A stretch of DNA of 51,963 nucleotides from Nemertoderma westbladi. Lineage: Eukaryota > Animalia > Xenacoelomorpha. Of the stretch, positions 24,955-36,829 are shown piece by piece. Where the stretch lies: NCBI GenBank assembly GCA_032718475.1, contig JAUCBJ010007559.1, positions 1 to 51,963 of the forward strand, read 5' to 3'. The notes below the pieces were generated by a model. The model did not search any database, was not told the DNA's origin, and saw only the letters and a program-made list of their open reading frames with translations. Position numbers and translations under genes: made by a program. Within the stretch, counting starts at the first letter, position 1. Every line of letters starts with the position of its first letter.

Positions 24955-26460
24955 TGTACGCGTCGTCGCGTCCGTGGGCTGCTGGGCTAATGCTGGATAT
25001 ATATATATTAGGCCGAAGGCCATTGAAAACGACAGAGTTAAATTGTCAGTATTAATAATCACAGTAATTGATAATAGCAGTCTGAATATAATAATATGCA
25101 ATACGGTCAGTAACGACGACGGTCAAAACTATTCCGGTCTCACAACTGTAAGGAAATCAACTAAACTAACATTCAGTAATCACAATGGTTATATCATTGA
25201 CACATATCACATCAGCCCTACACTACAGGGCGGCCTTAATATCCAATAGATGCGCGCTTGTCCTCCCCAATGTGCTTTCCCGCCGACTATTGACTTAACC
25301 TGATTAATTCTCACCTCGCCACTCCCTGTTGGCATTATCCCTTGGTGCTAGCCTTACTAGCTTGTTTGTCCCTCTGAGGTGGTTTGACCTCTCACCTCTC
25401 TCTGTGGCTTACGGCATGTGTCGCCCCAGTTGGTTATGAGGTGAGATCATTATTGGTAATCTCACATCGCCAACTATATTGGTAAAATGCCACTAACCCC
25501 ATTTTCGGTGGGTAATGCACGGAATTGAATCCACTTACACTCCCCCCCATGCTATCTTCCCGGTGAGAAGATAGCATCAACCTTAAGTGCGCTTCAATTC
25601 CGCTGGAATCCAATCTAATATTGGATTTGGAGTGGAATTTTCTTCTTGGGGTCGACTTTCCAGGCCGGCCCCCATGGGTCTGTTATCACTACCCATCCCT
25701 TGTACACCTGCGAGCTACGCCGTACCAAGGTATCTGGCGTTTCTGTTTTAGATGATTGCCCTCACTCCTCACACAATTTTCCTCATGGACTTTGTTGGAC
25801 TTAGTCCCACTGAGTGTCCCTCCTGTCTCCCTCTGGTAGCATCCCACAAGATCATCTTCATCGTGCGCGGCACGTGTTCTCCCAGAAAGTCCCTGAATTC
25901 GATCCTATTTTCTGGTGACCATCTGTCCAGGTATCTCTGGGTGTTGATGACCCCTCCGTACGATGCCGCTGTCGCTACCTCCTGATACATGAATGGTAGT
26001 CTCATCTTGGTGATCTCCTGGTGGGCTTCCACGTTTATGTTAAAGAAGCCCCACCGGAACTCCTGGGATGCATCCTTTGTCGTGTCATGACTATGACGTC
26101 GGCCCACTCCTCGAAGATCAGGAAGTTCTCCTCATCGTCCATACAGTCGCACTGGCGCTTAAAGTGCCCTCTAAACTTGCACTTTGAACATCTGTTGCGC
26201 AACCTCGGACACGCACCCATCTTATGGGTTGACTCACGGCAGTAGAGACACGCCGTCCCCTTCTGGAAACGGTATAGACAGTTATTTTGCTGACGGGTTA
26301 ATCTCCCACATTAATCGCAACCGTGTACTATTGTGTCCTTCCCCAAGTCGTCCTTGGCTCCGCGTGGCCTCCTGGGTCTATGGAGCCGCTGGTAGGCAAA
26401 TATCTGGACTCTGTCCTCCCTACCCATGTCGATGTCCTCCTCCACCCTCGGCATTGTTTC
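24955..26460 (-). mobile_element. Remnant C: 3' end of a BEL element related to A (LTR-like part, polypurine tract, accessory ORF tail)
   Basis: 25769-26330 encodes GACPRLRNRCSKCKFRGHFKRQC, FEEWADV and NTQRYLDRWSPENRIEFRDFL, matching A. A G-rich tract (minus strand, 25540-25548) abuts TGTAAG at 25539. The left boundary is uncertain. Confidence 0.75.
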
Positions 26461-27344
26461 TCCAAACATATAACGATATTAACGAACGAACCTCCATAAC
26501 GATATTGGAAATACATAAATAATAAAATATCCATAATAAATTCTAAATTATTAGTGTATTAACTTGTTTGTTAAATAACTAACCGAATTCAACTTACCTT
26601 TAATCTTATATACTAATCTAAATATACATAATTATAAAAAAGTCAGCTATGTCATATCAAAGTTATACAAAACATTAATCTTTATAAGCCTGAATATCTA
26701 TAATACTTACATGTATTTTATTAACAAAAATTCAAAGTAAAAGATTGTAGTTCTTAATCTTAAGATTAATTTAAAACTTACACAGCATTGGGGTAAAATA
26801 TTAATATGATATAATAAAAAATAATCAAATAAATAAATAAATATCAGTAGGCTAAAGGTAAGTGGAGTCATCTAATTTAACCGAATAACTAACCGAATAG
26901 GATACAGATATTTTACGATAATCTAAAAAAACAAGTTTATACGGTGCTTAGTACTATTACTAGTAGAATACAGTTTGAATTTCGCTCTAATAAAACCCAA
27001 TAACGACCAATAAACCAATGCAAACACCCCAATAACGACCAATAAACCAATTAAAACAGTCGATTTTAAGAGCCAAACTTTATACGAGTTTTTCTCAGAA
27101 TGAACATTTTTTCCCCAGGTCCCTTTTCTCGCAACCAGCCACTTGCTACTCTCTATCCATGATCCAAGGTACAGGAAGTCGTCAACCTTCCTTAGTTGAT
27201 TATTATCGATTGTTGTCGATTGTTAAATGCAATCGACCCCCTTAGAAGATATTGGAGTTATTAATTATATTTATCAATAAACAATAAAAGTAATACAGTA
27301 TCAGCTATAATAAATATTAATTGGCGAATATCTAGCAATTTCAG

Positions 27345-27461
27345 ACGCCGTAGAAATTCTACGAGTTCTATCAACTTGGAGACCGATTCTCAAAACAAAG
27401 ACAGTTCTCCTACAAACTCAGGGCAGAGATCTCGCAGGGGAAAGAGGTCGTTATCTATAAG
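27345..27461 (+). CDS. GLIS1/3-like gene, exon (…RSRRGKRSLSI)
   Basis: tttcag acceptor and gtaag donor. Splices in phase to the next exon to give KRSLSISPLS. Confidence 0.75.
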
Positions 27462-27763
27462 GTAAGAAAAACCTTGGGGTGAGGGGTGGGGGGGTCAAGT
27501 ATATAATAACTCGTAATTTTGAATTTAATGAACGGAGAAATCTCCAGTTGCAAATTATTTCAAAAATTCAAACGTCAGTATAACAGGTTGCATCTTATTT
27601 TTTGGGGTAATCAGCTGTTATTTGCGTCAATGACAAGGGATTGATTTTTTGATAGCGTCCATTGACCCCCCCCCCCCCCCCCCCCCCATGGCTACTCTTA
27701 TTTAATATTTTTAAAAATTATTAATATTAAATGGTAACCACCGTTTATATTTACCACTTACAG

Positions 27764-27978
27764 CCCATTGAGTCTGGATGGGATTGATATTAACTCGCTA
27801 ATTCGCACCTCCCCAACCAGCCTGGTAGCCTACATAAACAATAGCAATGTATCCGGTTCCGAGATACAATTGGAGTTGAGTAGAAGGTGCAGCAGTTCCA
27901 CAACATCCAGCAATCAAATAAATCAGGTTTACCTCTCTCATAGAAACTCAGGATCGAGTTATTCATCCTTCCTAACTG
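27764..27978 (+). CDS. GLIS1/3-like gene, exon with conserved N-terminal motif
   Basis: SPLSLDGIDINSLIRTSPTSLVAYIN resembles the GLI/GLIS3 N-terminal conserved block; ttacag acceptor. Confidence 0.85.
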
Positions 27979-28845
27979 GTTAGAATATTATCAGTACTCA
28001 ATTTGCCTTCCAACTAATAAAATCGTTGTATAATTTACTATTTTTAAATTTTATGTTTAATAATTTCATAGAAATAAAATAATAAAAACCTGGAATTCCT
28101 CACGTGAGGGTAAACTGCAAAGTGAAATATAATACACTTACTGTACTGTACTTATTAGACAGCGATAATTCAGTTAATTGGATCTTTGTTGTGAATTATT
28201 TATCTTTTAAAGGATTTATTTTTTTGTTATCGACATAATTTATTAAAATTGGCCCAAATTCTGGCTATTTGTTAGGCACGTTGTTTCTTGGTGAAAAATG
28301 CAACGCTCATTTAAAAAGTGAGCCTTTGTGTAATCTTATTACCAAAGTCCAGCGCCACCTAGCACCACCCTGCAGTCACTACAGCTGAAAAGTGTGTGCA
28401 TGATCTAGTTACTATGGCAGGCGGCAGGCAAGAGGAAACGTGGTGTTCAGTCATGGACATTCCGAAACGTAAAAACCGAAATTGAAAGAAACGAAAATCT
28501 ATCTAAGGCTGATTTAGATTGTGAACTGTGAAATTTTTGCACCGCATTATTAAAACAATTATTTTTCTGGCTCTAAACTTTTATATTCTTATTTTAGGCG
28601 GAATGGGGAGTCGTAAGAATTCGCAGTTTTAGATTAAGCTTAAGCTTTTAGATTAAGCAGTCTAAAAAAAAACCAGCTGAGAATGGTTATATGAAGTAAT
28701 ACAGTCAAATATATATCTTCATATTCTCTATTTCAAACATTTATTTCAATATGTACATGAATTTTGTATGGTATGTTTGATATGAAGTTAATATCTTCAC
28801 ATTGTTCCGCTTCATACTACCATTTCATCCTTATATATTTTACAG

Positions 28846-29031
28846 CTATTTCACCACTTGTCAATATTTGTGACACACATTGAAAGCACCCATGTGGAAA
28901 CACAGAAGAAAAATGGAAATTACATCTGCAGATGGGCTGGTTGCCAACGGCAACAGAAGTCATTTAACGCGCGATATAAACTGATTGTTCACATGAGAGT
29001 CCACAGTGGGGAGAGACCCAACATATGCCCC
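28846..29031 (+). CDS. GLIS: GLIS1/3-like gene, exon (end of ZF1, ZF2)
   Basis: HIESTH...CRWAGCQRQQKSFNARYKLIVHMRVHSGERPNICP; FNARYKL is GLIS-type. tacag/gtgag splice sites. Confidence 0.92.
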
Positions 29032-29215
29032 GTGAGTCATTCAAATATATCCCAATAGATAATTGAATAAAACAGATTCAAAGTCTGTCAACAATTAACT
29101 GCTGCATGAACAATAAAGTTTATATTTTTTAATATTAATTATTATTAAATAATTGATTATTATTAATTTTAAAATTAATAATTATTAATAAATCAATTAC
29201 TCAAACTAATTTCAG

Positions 29216-29342
29216 GTTGAATCTTGTAATCGGATGTTTTCTAGATAGGAAAATCTTAAGATTCATTTACGGAACCACACTGGAGAAAGGCCCTACCCAT
29301 GCACAAACCCAATGTGTAACAAAGCGTTCAGTAACAGCTCAG
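29216..29342 (+). pseudogene. GLIS: GLIS1/3-like gene, exon (ZF3-ZF4) with in-frame TAG
   Basis: [44 protein letters not shown] at 29246-29248 replaces the Leu of FSRLENLK. Confidence 0.88.
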
Positions 29343-29399
29343 GTACGTAAAATAGTAAATGAATAGGATAATTTTTTAGTTTATTTAAACTCCGTTCAC

Positions 29400-29605
29400 T
29401 GTGTTATCTTCCACTATCTGTTTTCCAAGTCGCCTTGGTTTCCATTTATCGACCAGTTAAGGATGAAAGCCAGGGTGGTGGTGCTAAGCTGCCATAATTA
29501 AAAGCACTTTACCCAAATAGTGCTGCCCAATCATGGGATCGAACCGGGGCCTCTTGATTGGTAGCACAGGAATGCCCACGTCTAGAACGAGCTACTGCTT
29601 GGTAA
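29400..29605 (-). mobile_element. tRNA-headed SINE with Deu/Nin-like central domain, in GLIS intron
   Basis: Minus strand has a B-box-like GGTTCGATCCC followed by CTTTCATCCTTAACTGGTCGATAAATG, resembling the Deu/Nin SINE domain. Confidence 0.6.
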
Positions 29606-30049
29606 AATAGCCAATAAAAACTAAATACTAATTACAAATTACAATATATATATATTTTTGAATTAAAGTTTAATATCCGATCTAGAGAGATCCCAAGGAA
29701 TCCAATTCATTCATTACCGTATGTACACTTACAGTACAGTGACATTGATTACATATACAACTATTTACGACAACAAATTACATAATGCCATAAGACAGTT
29801 TGTGTTTGTATGTATTTTAATCTGTTAAGAAATCTATTATTTTTTTCAAAATTTTTGCCTTAATATATTAACTTCAAACTATTTTTTGGTGAATTATTTG
29901 TTATATATTTCTTTGTTGTTGTTATGTATTTTTAAAAATGGACATATGTTAATTTATCTGTGCCAGTGTTTTTGTGGTCGACTATATATGTTTTCGTTGA
30001 CTACACAATACTAAAATTAAACTAATTTCATTGAATTATCGCGTTTTAG

Positions 30050-30219
30050 ATCGCGCCAAACATATGAGAACGCACATTGACAGCAAACCATATGTATGTC
30101 AGCTGCCCAACTGTACGAAAAGGTACACTGACCCCAGTTCCTTGCGTAAACATATGAAGCTACACTCGAACGCATCTCAGTTATTAGCCTCTGTATCTAA
30201 AACATCGTCGCAGTTTCAA
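30050..30219 (+). CDS. GLIS: GLIS1/3-like gene, exon (ZF4 end, ZF5)
   Basis: [39 protein letters not shown]; in phase with the previous exon. Donor position is inferred. Confidence 0.9.
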
Positions 30220-30632
30220 GTCAGGAAAAATGTGCCTCATAATGTGATATTAATCGGTTACGTATCTATTTTCTTCTGAGTTATAATTACTCGAATATTA
30301 TCGGTTACGTATCTATTTTCTTCTGGTTATATTCTCGTTTATCGGTTCGCATCTATTTTCTTCTGAGTTATAATTACTCGAAATATAGAAAGTAAAATAA
30401 GTAAATAGGCCTAATTATGGCAAGAATAGGCGAGAATCAACGAATTTATGCGTAATGTTAATGTATCGCAAATTGTGAAAAATTCGCCAATATACCGTAC
30501 AGTATATTAAATAAAATTGCATAAATGTTACTGTAGGAAGTCAAGTTAAACATCGTGTGTAATATTTTTCTGGCTAACTGATAAAATTATAATTAACTAA
30601 GAAGTCAAACTTTCATTATACATTTTTTATAG

Positions 30633-30870
30633 TTGAAAACAAAGAGCAATCAACTTTCACCTATAATAAATACAACAATCTTACCTCAACCTACGCAACA
30701 GTCATACCCAAACCAGTACTATATGCAACCCTTAGCTGTCAGTGGTAACTCATTCCCATTGGACAGTATCCTCACTGTGGGATGTAACTCTGACCAATCT
30801 GAAAGCAAGAAATATCCGTTGGTGCATACAGACACCCAGGACAGCGGATTGGGCGCCTCATTGTCCACAG
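30633..30870 (+). CDS. Probable GLIS1/3-like gene exon, C-terminal low-complexity region
   Basis: tttatag acceptor, open P/Q/S-rich frame with DSGLGAS, and a cag|gtaag donor. Confidence 0.65.
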
Positions 30871-31683
30871 GTAAGACATATTATATTATGTTTGTATATG
30901 TTTGTTTATATTGAATATCGTAGCTTAAGTGTCATAAGGATAAGGCCCTAAGTCAAAGAGCCTACAAAAGATATCGAAAGATATGATGGCCTTTCTGCAG
31001 TAAGATATTGCCCAATAGAAATGTCGGATTTCACTTTACCACGTAATAATCATCACTTCCCATTGGATAAAATATTCAAAACTTCACCAGTTAATACAGC
31101 ATGTCTTAAAGCAACGATATATATATATGAATTAGATGGTGTTTCTTTTTATTCGAAGTTTTTTTAACATGTAAAACATACAATATTGGTATAAATATAT
31201 AGAAAAATATCCCCTCACCAAACAGTTAGACTATCACCAGCTTTTAGGTTGGTTGCTAGGCTACCAACCAAACATAAACACATAAACAGCATTTTTTTTC
31301 CAAAATTGTAACATTACTCAACGTCATTAGTATTAACAGTGAGTTGTTATTTAGCACTTTACAACTTTTGATGACATTACAGCATTGTATTGGCCTGTAG
31401 TACATTTAGTATTGTATTGGTGTTGTAATGTCCCTTGTTTATGTATAACCAATGACGGCGAGCTGTAAAGTTTCGGCGTCATTGGTTACCATGTAAACAA
31501 TAGGTGGCATTTATAATTAATTGCCTGACAGCCAGATAGGCCTACTTTTTTTTCATTTCATTTCATAAAACTTTACCAAGAGCGTGACAATGTCCGACTC
31601 AATGATAAAGATGTAATGTACAGAACAATTTATTATAAAACGTAATTACAGTATAAATAGTAAATAATTAATAAACTAATAAC

Positions 31684-33230
31684 TTACTGTAGGACTATTG
31701 TACCTATTTTTACATTGCACATGGAGGTGAGAGTTAACTGCAGATTTAAAAGAATGTTGATTATCTGGGTTTTTAATTTCATTAGGCAGAGCACTCCATA
31801 ACTACATCTTTCCTGAACATTATTAACGTAACTCCACCAACCAGCACCTCTTTTCCTATTAGTATTATTCATTAAATTGCTGAACGAGGATACACAATAA
31901 AAGTTTGTGTCAATAAGACACTCATTCATGTTATCTTGCAACAGAGAAGCACATTCCACAGTGTCCAGCCAATGCTCAGTCAGGCTCAATATGTTGCAAT
32001 TAGCTAAAAGATCCTTAATGTATGCGATGTTAGAACATAGTCCTCTCGTATTAAATGTACAACATGTGAGTTAGTTGTTATCTCTGTAAGAGTTACAACT
32101 GCTGCCGCTGACCGCTTCGGTTTTCGTGTTAAATATAGTGCGGTTGGGCCGAGTGGGGTGTGGATTTGTTCTTGATTAATGTGAGCCTGGAAGGGTGTAT
32201 AGAGCTTGCTATCATTGCTTGCTTGTTAGGGCGCTGAGTGTCAGGTCTGTTGCAGGTATATGGTTTATTTGTCGCACTGAAGTTACATTCATTATGGCGC
32301 TGTTGATATAGTGCTTGGTCATGTAGTCTGCTACCTGGCTTGTACGTGACATTATTGGTTCAATTAGTATGGTTTGTTGGGTTATGTGTCAATTCCCGAC
32401 TAGTTATGCCTCCATTCCCGACTAGTTATGCCAGGGGGCCAGAAACCAGGTTTGATTACCTTATCCTTATCCGGTAAGTTTACAACTATATGGGCATTGC
32501 ATGAGTCAGTGCTCCTGTTTATTCGCATTGTGATCCGATAAACCTTAATATTCCTCAGTGCCAGGTAGTTAGTTATGTCACTTTCACCATTATTTCTATC
32601 AATCTCGTTGATGAAGATAGAAGCACGCTGGAAACATTGCGCCCCTTGAAGGGATGTAACTATCTTCTCAGATGAGGCAGTGGACATTAGGGTGGAGTGA
32701 AAAAATTTTTTTCTTTATTTTTAAGGGAAGCACTATTTTTCTGATGCCAAATCGGTCTAAACTAACTTTGCAAAAAAAAAATTTTGATTTCGAAAAATTC
32801 TAGGCGGGCCTCATGACACTTGAAAATTTAAAATTTTTGAGAAGGCAATGCCAGTTTTGAAAATCCCAGATATTTTGTATTTTTGATAAAAGTTAAGGAA
32901 GATGCAAATATTTATTGTCAAATAGGTTGGAAACAAACACTAAATGTGAAATTGTGAAATTGAAATCAGAAAAATAAATGTAGCTTCCCTTAAAAGTAAA
33001 GAAAAACATTTTTTTCACTCCACCCTAGTGGACATAGGTCAGTATTTTGTTACAGTTACACTATAAAGTTTAGTAGACGACTGATAACTTAGTTTATATG
33101 GTTTAGAAAGAGGCGGGTGACGACTAGGAGCCCATTGTTGTTTAGCAGTAACTTGTGAAGTGATTGTGATTGCCTGTTTGCTATAGCCTGCGACCTCCTG
33201 TAACTTCTGGTCGATGTTCATTGTGGAGTG
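31684..33230 (-). mobile_element. Degraded LINE: ORF1 C-terminus and start of AP endonuclease
   Basis: KVIKPGFWPPGITSREW (ORF1-type ending) and CTFNTRGL...ILSLTEHWL (endonuclease N-terminus). Interrupted by a MITE. Confidence 0.7.
32688..33027. mobile_element. hAT-type MITE, 340 bp
   Basis: TIRs TAGGGTGGAGTGAAAAAA... (about 44 bp, imperfect) and an 8-bp TSD GTGGACAT at 32680-32687 and 33028-33035. Confidence 0.9.
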
Positions 33231-34159
33231 CTTCGAACTGTTGATGGCAGAGCAGGAGTGGTTGCTACTATGGTTGTAGCCTGCTATCTCTAAAGATTCT
33301 ACTACCTACTACATTACGTACCGGTAGCTATTAATAACCAGTAGCTATTAACTATTAATATGGCTCCAAACGCCACCATAAATATAAGCTAACTTATTTA
33401 TAACATAATTTATGTCATTTTTACATTTATTTATTCAGCAACTAATTTAATTTGTTCAGTTTCTATCACTTATAATATCATTACATATACAATCATTTCG
33501 TAATGTTAAAATTTTGGAATAAAACTACATACATACTTGTTGCAAAGTACTTTACTGTACAGTGTTCTGATCCTCGTGGCTTTATTTTCACTCACTCACT
33601 AACGTTCGTTCGTGTAACAAAGCCACCTGGATCATCACGCTGTAAAATGCTAATTTACACACCAGTATGTAAATAGTTGTTACTGTACAGTTGAACATTT
33701 GGTAACATTACCTACTCCGTCTCCAAGGTTACCGAGTACTCCTATAAATAATGGGGTAGATTCCGATTGGAACAGATCGTGTTACAGTCAGTTGGACACA
33801 GAAGGTCGTTTACTTTCTCTTCCTGGTATTAAACAAAGGTTAGCGGTAATTTAGGCATTTAAGAACTACTTAATATTTTTATATTTTTAATATTAATATA
33901 TATTTATATTAGGCCATATATGGAGAGCAGGCATAGGGGAAGATAAGGGAGCTACTGTGCTACTAATACAACTAGAATTTAGAATTTTAATACCACAGTC
34001 CGAACTCGGACAGTGGAAATGAGATCCTTCCAGGCTTCCCGATTCTCCATAGTTGTCGCAATTTCGTTTCTCTCAAGTTCAGATTAGGTATGACCTCGTC
34101 TTTACTTGCCCATTACTGAATTTTAATTTCCGTTCACGCATAGTGGTTGATACAGGTGG

Positions 34160-35499
34160 TACTACTACTACTACTACTAGGATCGGCATGCTGCATTGCA
34201 GCTGCATTTTTAAGAATGCTGTGCCGGCATGTTGACAAAATTGCGCCGCCACAACTCCCTATTACCCATGACATTTGCTAGATCATCCGCATCTTCAAGA
34301 CCAGTGTCCTTTAAGATGCGTCTCAAGAAAGTCATGGGCTGTCCACCATGCTTATTCACTCCATGAGGCTGCCAAAGTACAGGATTATGCACTGGCTGGT
34401 CCTCACGGCGAAAGCAATGTCCTGCAAAGCGGAGACGATTTTGTTCTAGTGTCAAGCTTGGGGGAACCAATGAGACACCTCCAATGTTATATAGTGTCTG
34501 GTTGGAGATGTGTGCATTGTACTTGACACAATGAACCCGGCGTAACATTCTTGTGAATGTGCCATCCAGAGATTTGGTGTCCTCAGCAGTTAGAGCCCAG
34601 CATGGACTACCATAGAGGAGTACTGGAACTACTGCTGCTCTAAATAATCGGACCTTAAGTTTCCGATTAATTCTCGGTGACTTCCAAATCCTGGAAAGCC
34701 TACTCAAGGCTGCCCATGCCTTTCCCTTACGTATTCGAAGGTCCTCACCTGACTTCCGGATCCATGATCCCAGGTAACAGAAGTCGTCCACATGCTCAAG
34801 CATACCATCCTTTGAGCTTATGCTCATCCGATCAGAGACTTGCTGAGAACTTTCAAAGTTAACTGTCAAAATGTTGGTCTTTCTGGAGTTAATAAAAAGA
34901 CCAACACTAGAAGCAGCATGTTCCAATGAGCTGAGGAGCCGTTGGGCTCCCTCTAGTGATTCTAAGAGTACTCCTAAGTTATCAGCAAAGTCTAGATCAG
35001 TTAGGTACTTGGCAGGATTTCCTCAACTTCTGGAGCCAGTAGGTGGAGTTATCATCACCCCATCATCATTATGATGATTTAAGGACATGCGTAGAACATA
35101 GTCAACCACAATTATGAACAAGAATGGTGCAAGTGTGTCTCCCTGGAGGACGCCCCTAACACTTCGAATGGTTCTGTGTCACCATCAACAGTAGACACAA
35201 ATGTTGTCGAACCATCGTATACTGATCTGATTGCTGCAATAATTTCATCAAGAATCCCATATAATGAAAGTATGCTGAACATAGGTGAGTGTGGGACTGA
35301 ATCAAAGGCCTTGAAGAAGTCAACAAAGATAACAGCCAGATGCCTGTCTTTCTTTTTTGATAACTATTCAATTATCCTTCTAAGTGCCAAAATGGGTTCC
35401 GTGGTCCCACGACCTTTACGGAACCCATTCTGATGTCCACGGAGCAGTCTCTCAATGGGATCCCTGATGCGATTTAATAGAATTCTATTGTATAGCTTT
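34160..35499 (-). mobile_element. RTE-type LINE, 3' half (RT core and C-terminus, (TAG)n tail)
   Basis: QNGFRKGR, FVDFFKAFDSV, QGDTLAPFLF, DFADN, FCYLGS, VLLYGSPCW, RLRFAGHCFR. (CTA)n run at about 34161-34178. Confidence 0.92.
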
Positions 35500-36751
35500 T
35501 GTTCGCGCTTTTGAAGACCTTTAGCAGTTTAACCTGCCAAAATTTATATGTCTTTTAGTTAATTAAAACACCTTTAGCATACGACAATCTTTTATGCTAA
35601 TACGCAAAACATTAGCCGAAGTCAGCCCATGCGCGATCATTCACCCGATGGATCTACACCCGGGAGGCTGAATTCGGATGCTTAAATTTTATTATTGCAG
35701 TGTAAGGTTGCAGTGTAAACTTACTGTATTATTCGATAGATCGTTAATAATTAATCTCTGACAGATATTATTGGCTTTCGGGAAATATTAACAGTTCCTT
35801 TAGGACGTGGCGCTTTATCTATTTAAACAGAACTAAGACTTATACTAAAACGCAACGATACTGCTTATGATTGAAGTATAAAGCGTATTCTTTAGGAAAT
35901 ACTTTGTTACCAATCACAATCATACACACTATTCTGCCGACCGTCAGTATATTTGATCACACATAAAGAGAGCAGCAATTGACTCACGTAGGGTCTGCTA
36001 AATAACATTGGATTCAATACACACCACATTAATATAAATCGCAATTGTTATGTATAGCCGGTCTCTCTAACCTGTAGTGTATCAAGAAAATTGGGAATTT
36101 GGGTGATTTATCCGTATTATCCAAAGAGCAATATTTCCATCAACAAATAGGTACAATTAATAACTGACGGTAAAATAACAGTACAAACAATATGATTAAT
36201 GCAGTTAAATTAAGTGAGTATGTTAATTAGTTAGTTATTGAGATTTGTTAAGTGAGGTAACAGTTTATACTTTCGATAATTCAAGCAGTTTTACTAGAGT
36301 TCTTCCCAAAAAGCCGGTGTTTCTGGCTTAGACAGCAATAACAACAAAGTATCAAGTAAAAGCAGTAAGACTGAACACTCTCCTTATGATCGGCTGAAAA
36401 GCTACACGTCGACAGGAAAAATCGCTCTGATTGGCTCAAGCCAAACAAAGAACTATGCGTCCAATGGATGTTTCCATGTCAGCAACCAGCTGTTAGATGT
36501 CGTAATATGAATCATCACGGCTAAGCTGTGAAAGGTAGTTGGTGCATTACAGGTTTTTTGCCTTACCATGTCCGCCAAAACACGTATATAGCAGAATGAC
36601 TTTTATGTCCGTTAAAACACCTGTAACGGTACCTTGCGGGCGAGGGGAATATATATACAGTTAGAGAACCTTTTTAGAGTATTCCAGCGCCTGGGGGGAA
36701 ACTGGATTGCGAAGCAAAAGGGGCCAGTTATATCCCACAGAAGCTTTTACA
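35500..36751 (-). repeat. 3' LTR of element B
   Basis: Same length as 46265-47516, with no mismatch seen by eye. Confidence 0.97.
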
Positions 36752-36760
36752 CCGCTCCCA
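36752..36760 (-). promoter_or_regulatory. Polypurine tract of element B (TGGGAGCGG)
   Basis: Purine-rich tract directly before the 3' LTR on the minus strand. Confidence 0.7.
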
Positions 36761-36829
36761 GAAAATGGGATTTGAGTCTATAAATATACAAAAATCACAG
36801 TTTCTAATATACGTAAATACTCTAAACAG

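Noticed and set aside
29520-29605. Functional tRNA gene
   Set aside because: Only a B-box-like motif is clear, no convincing cloverleaf was seen, and it continues into SINE-like body sequence.
27345-30870. GLI/Ci orthologue
   Set aside because: FNARYKL, HMRVHSGE and FSNSSDRAKH are GLIS-type; GLI has FKAQYML and FSNASDRAKH.
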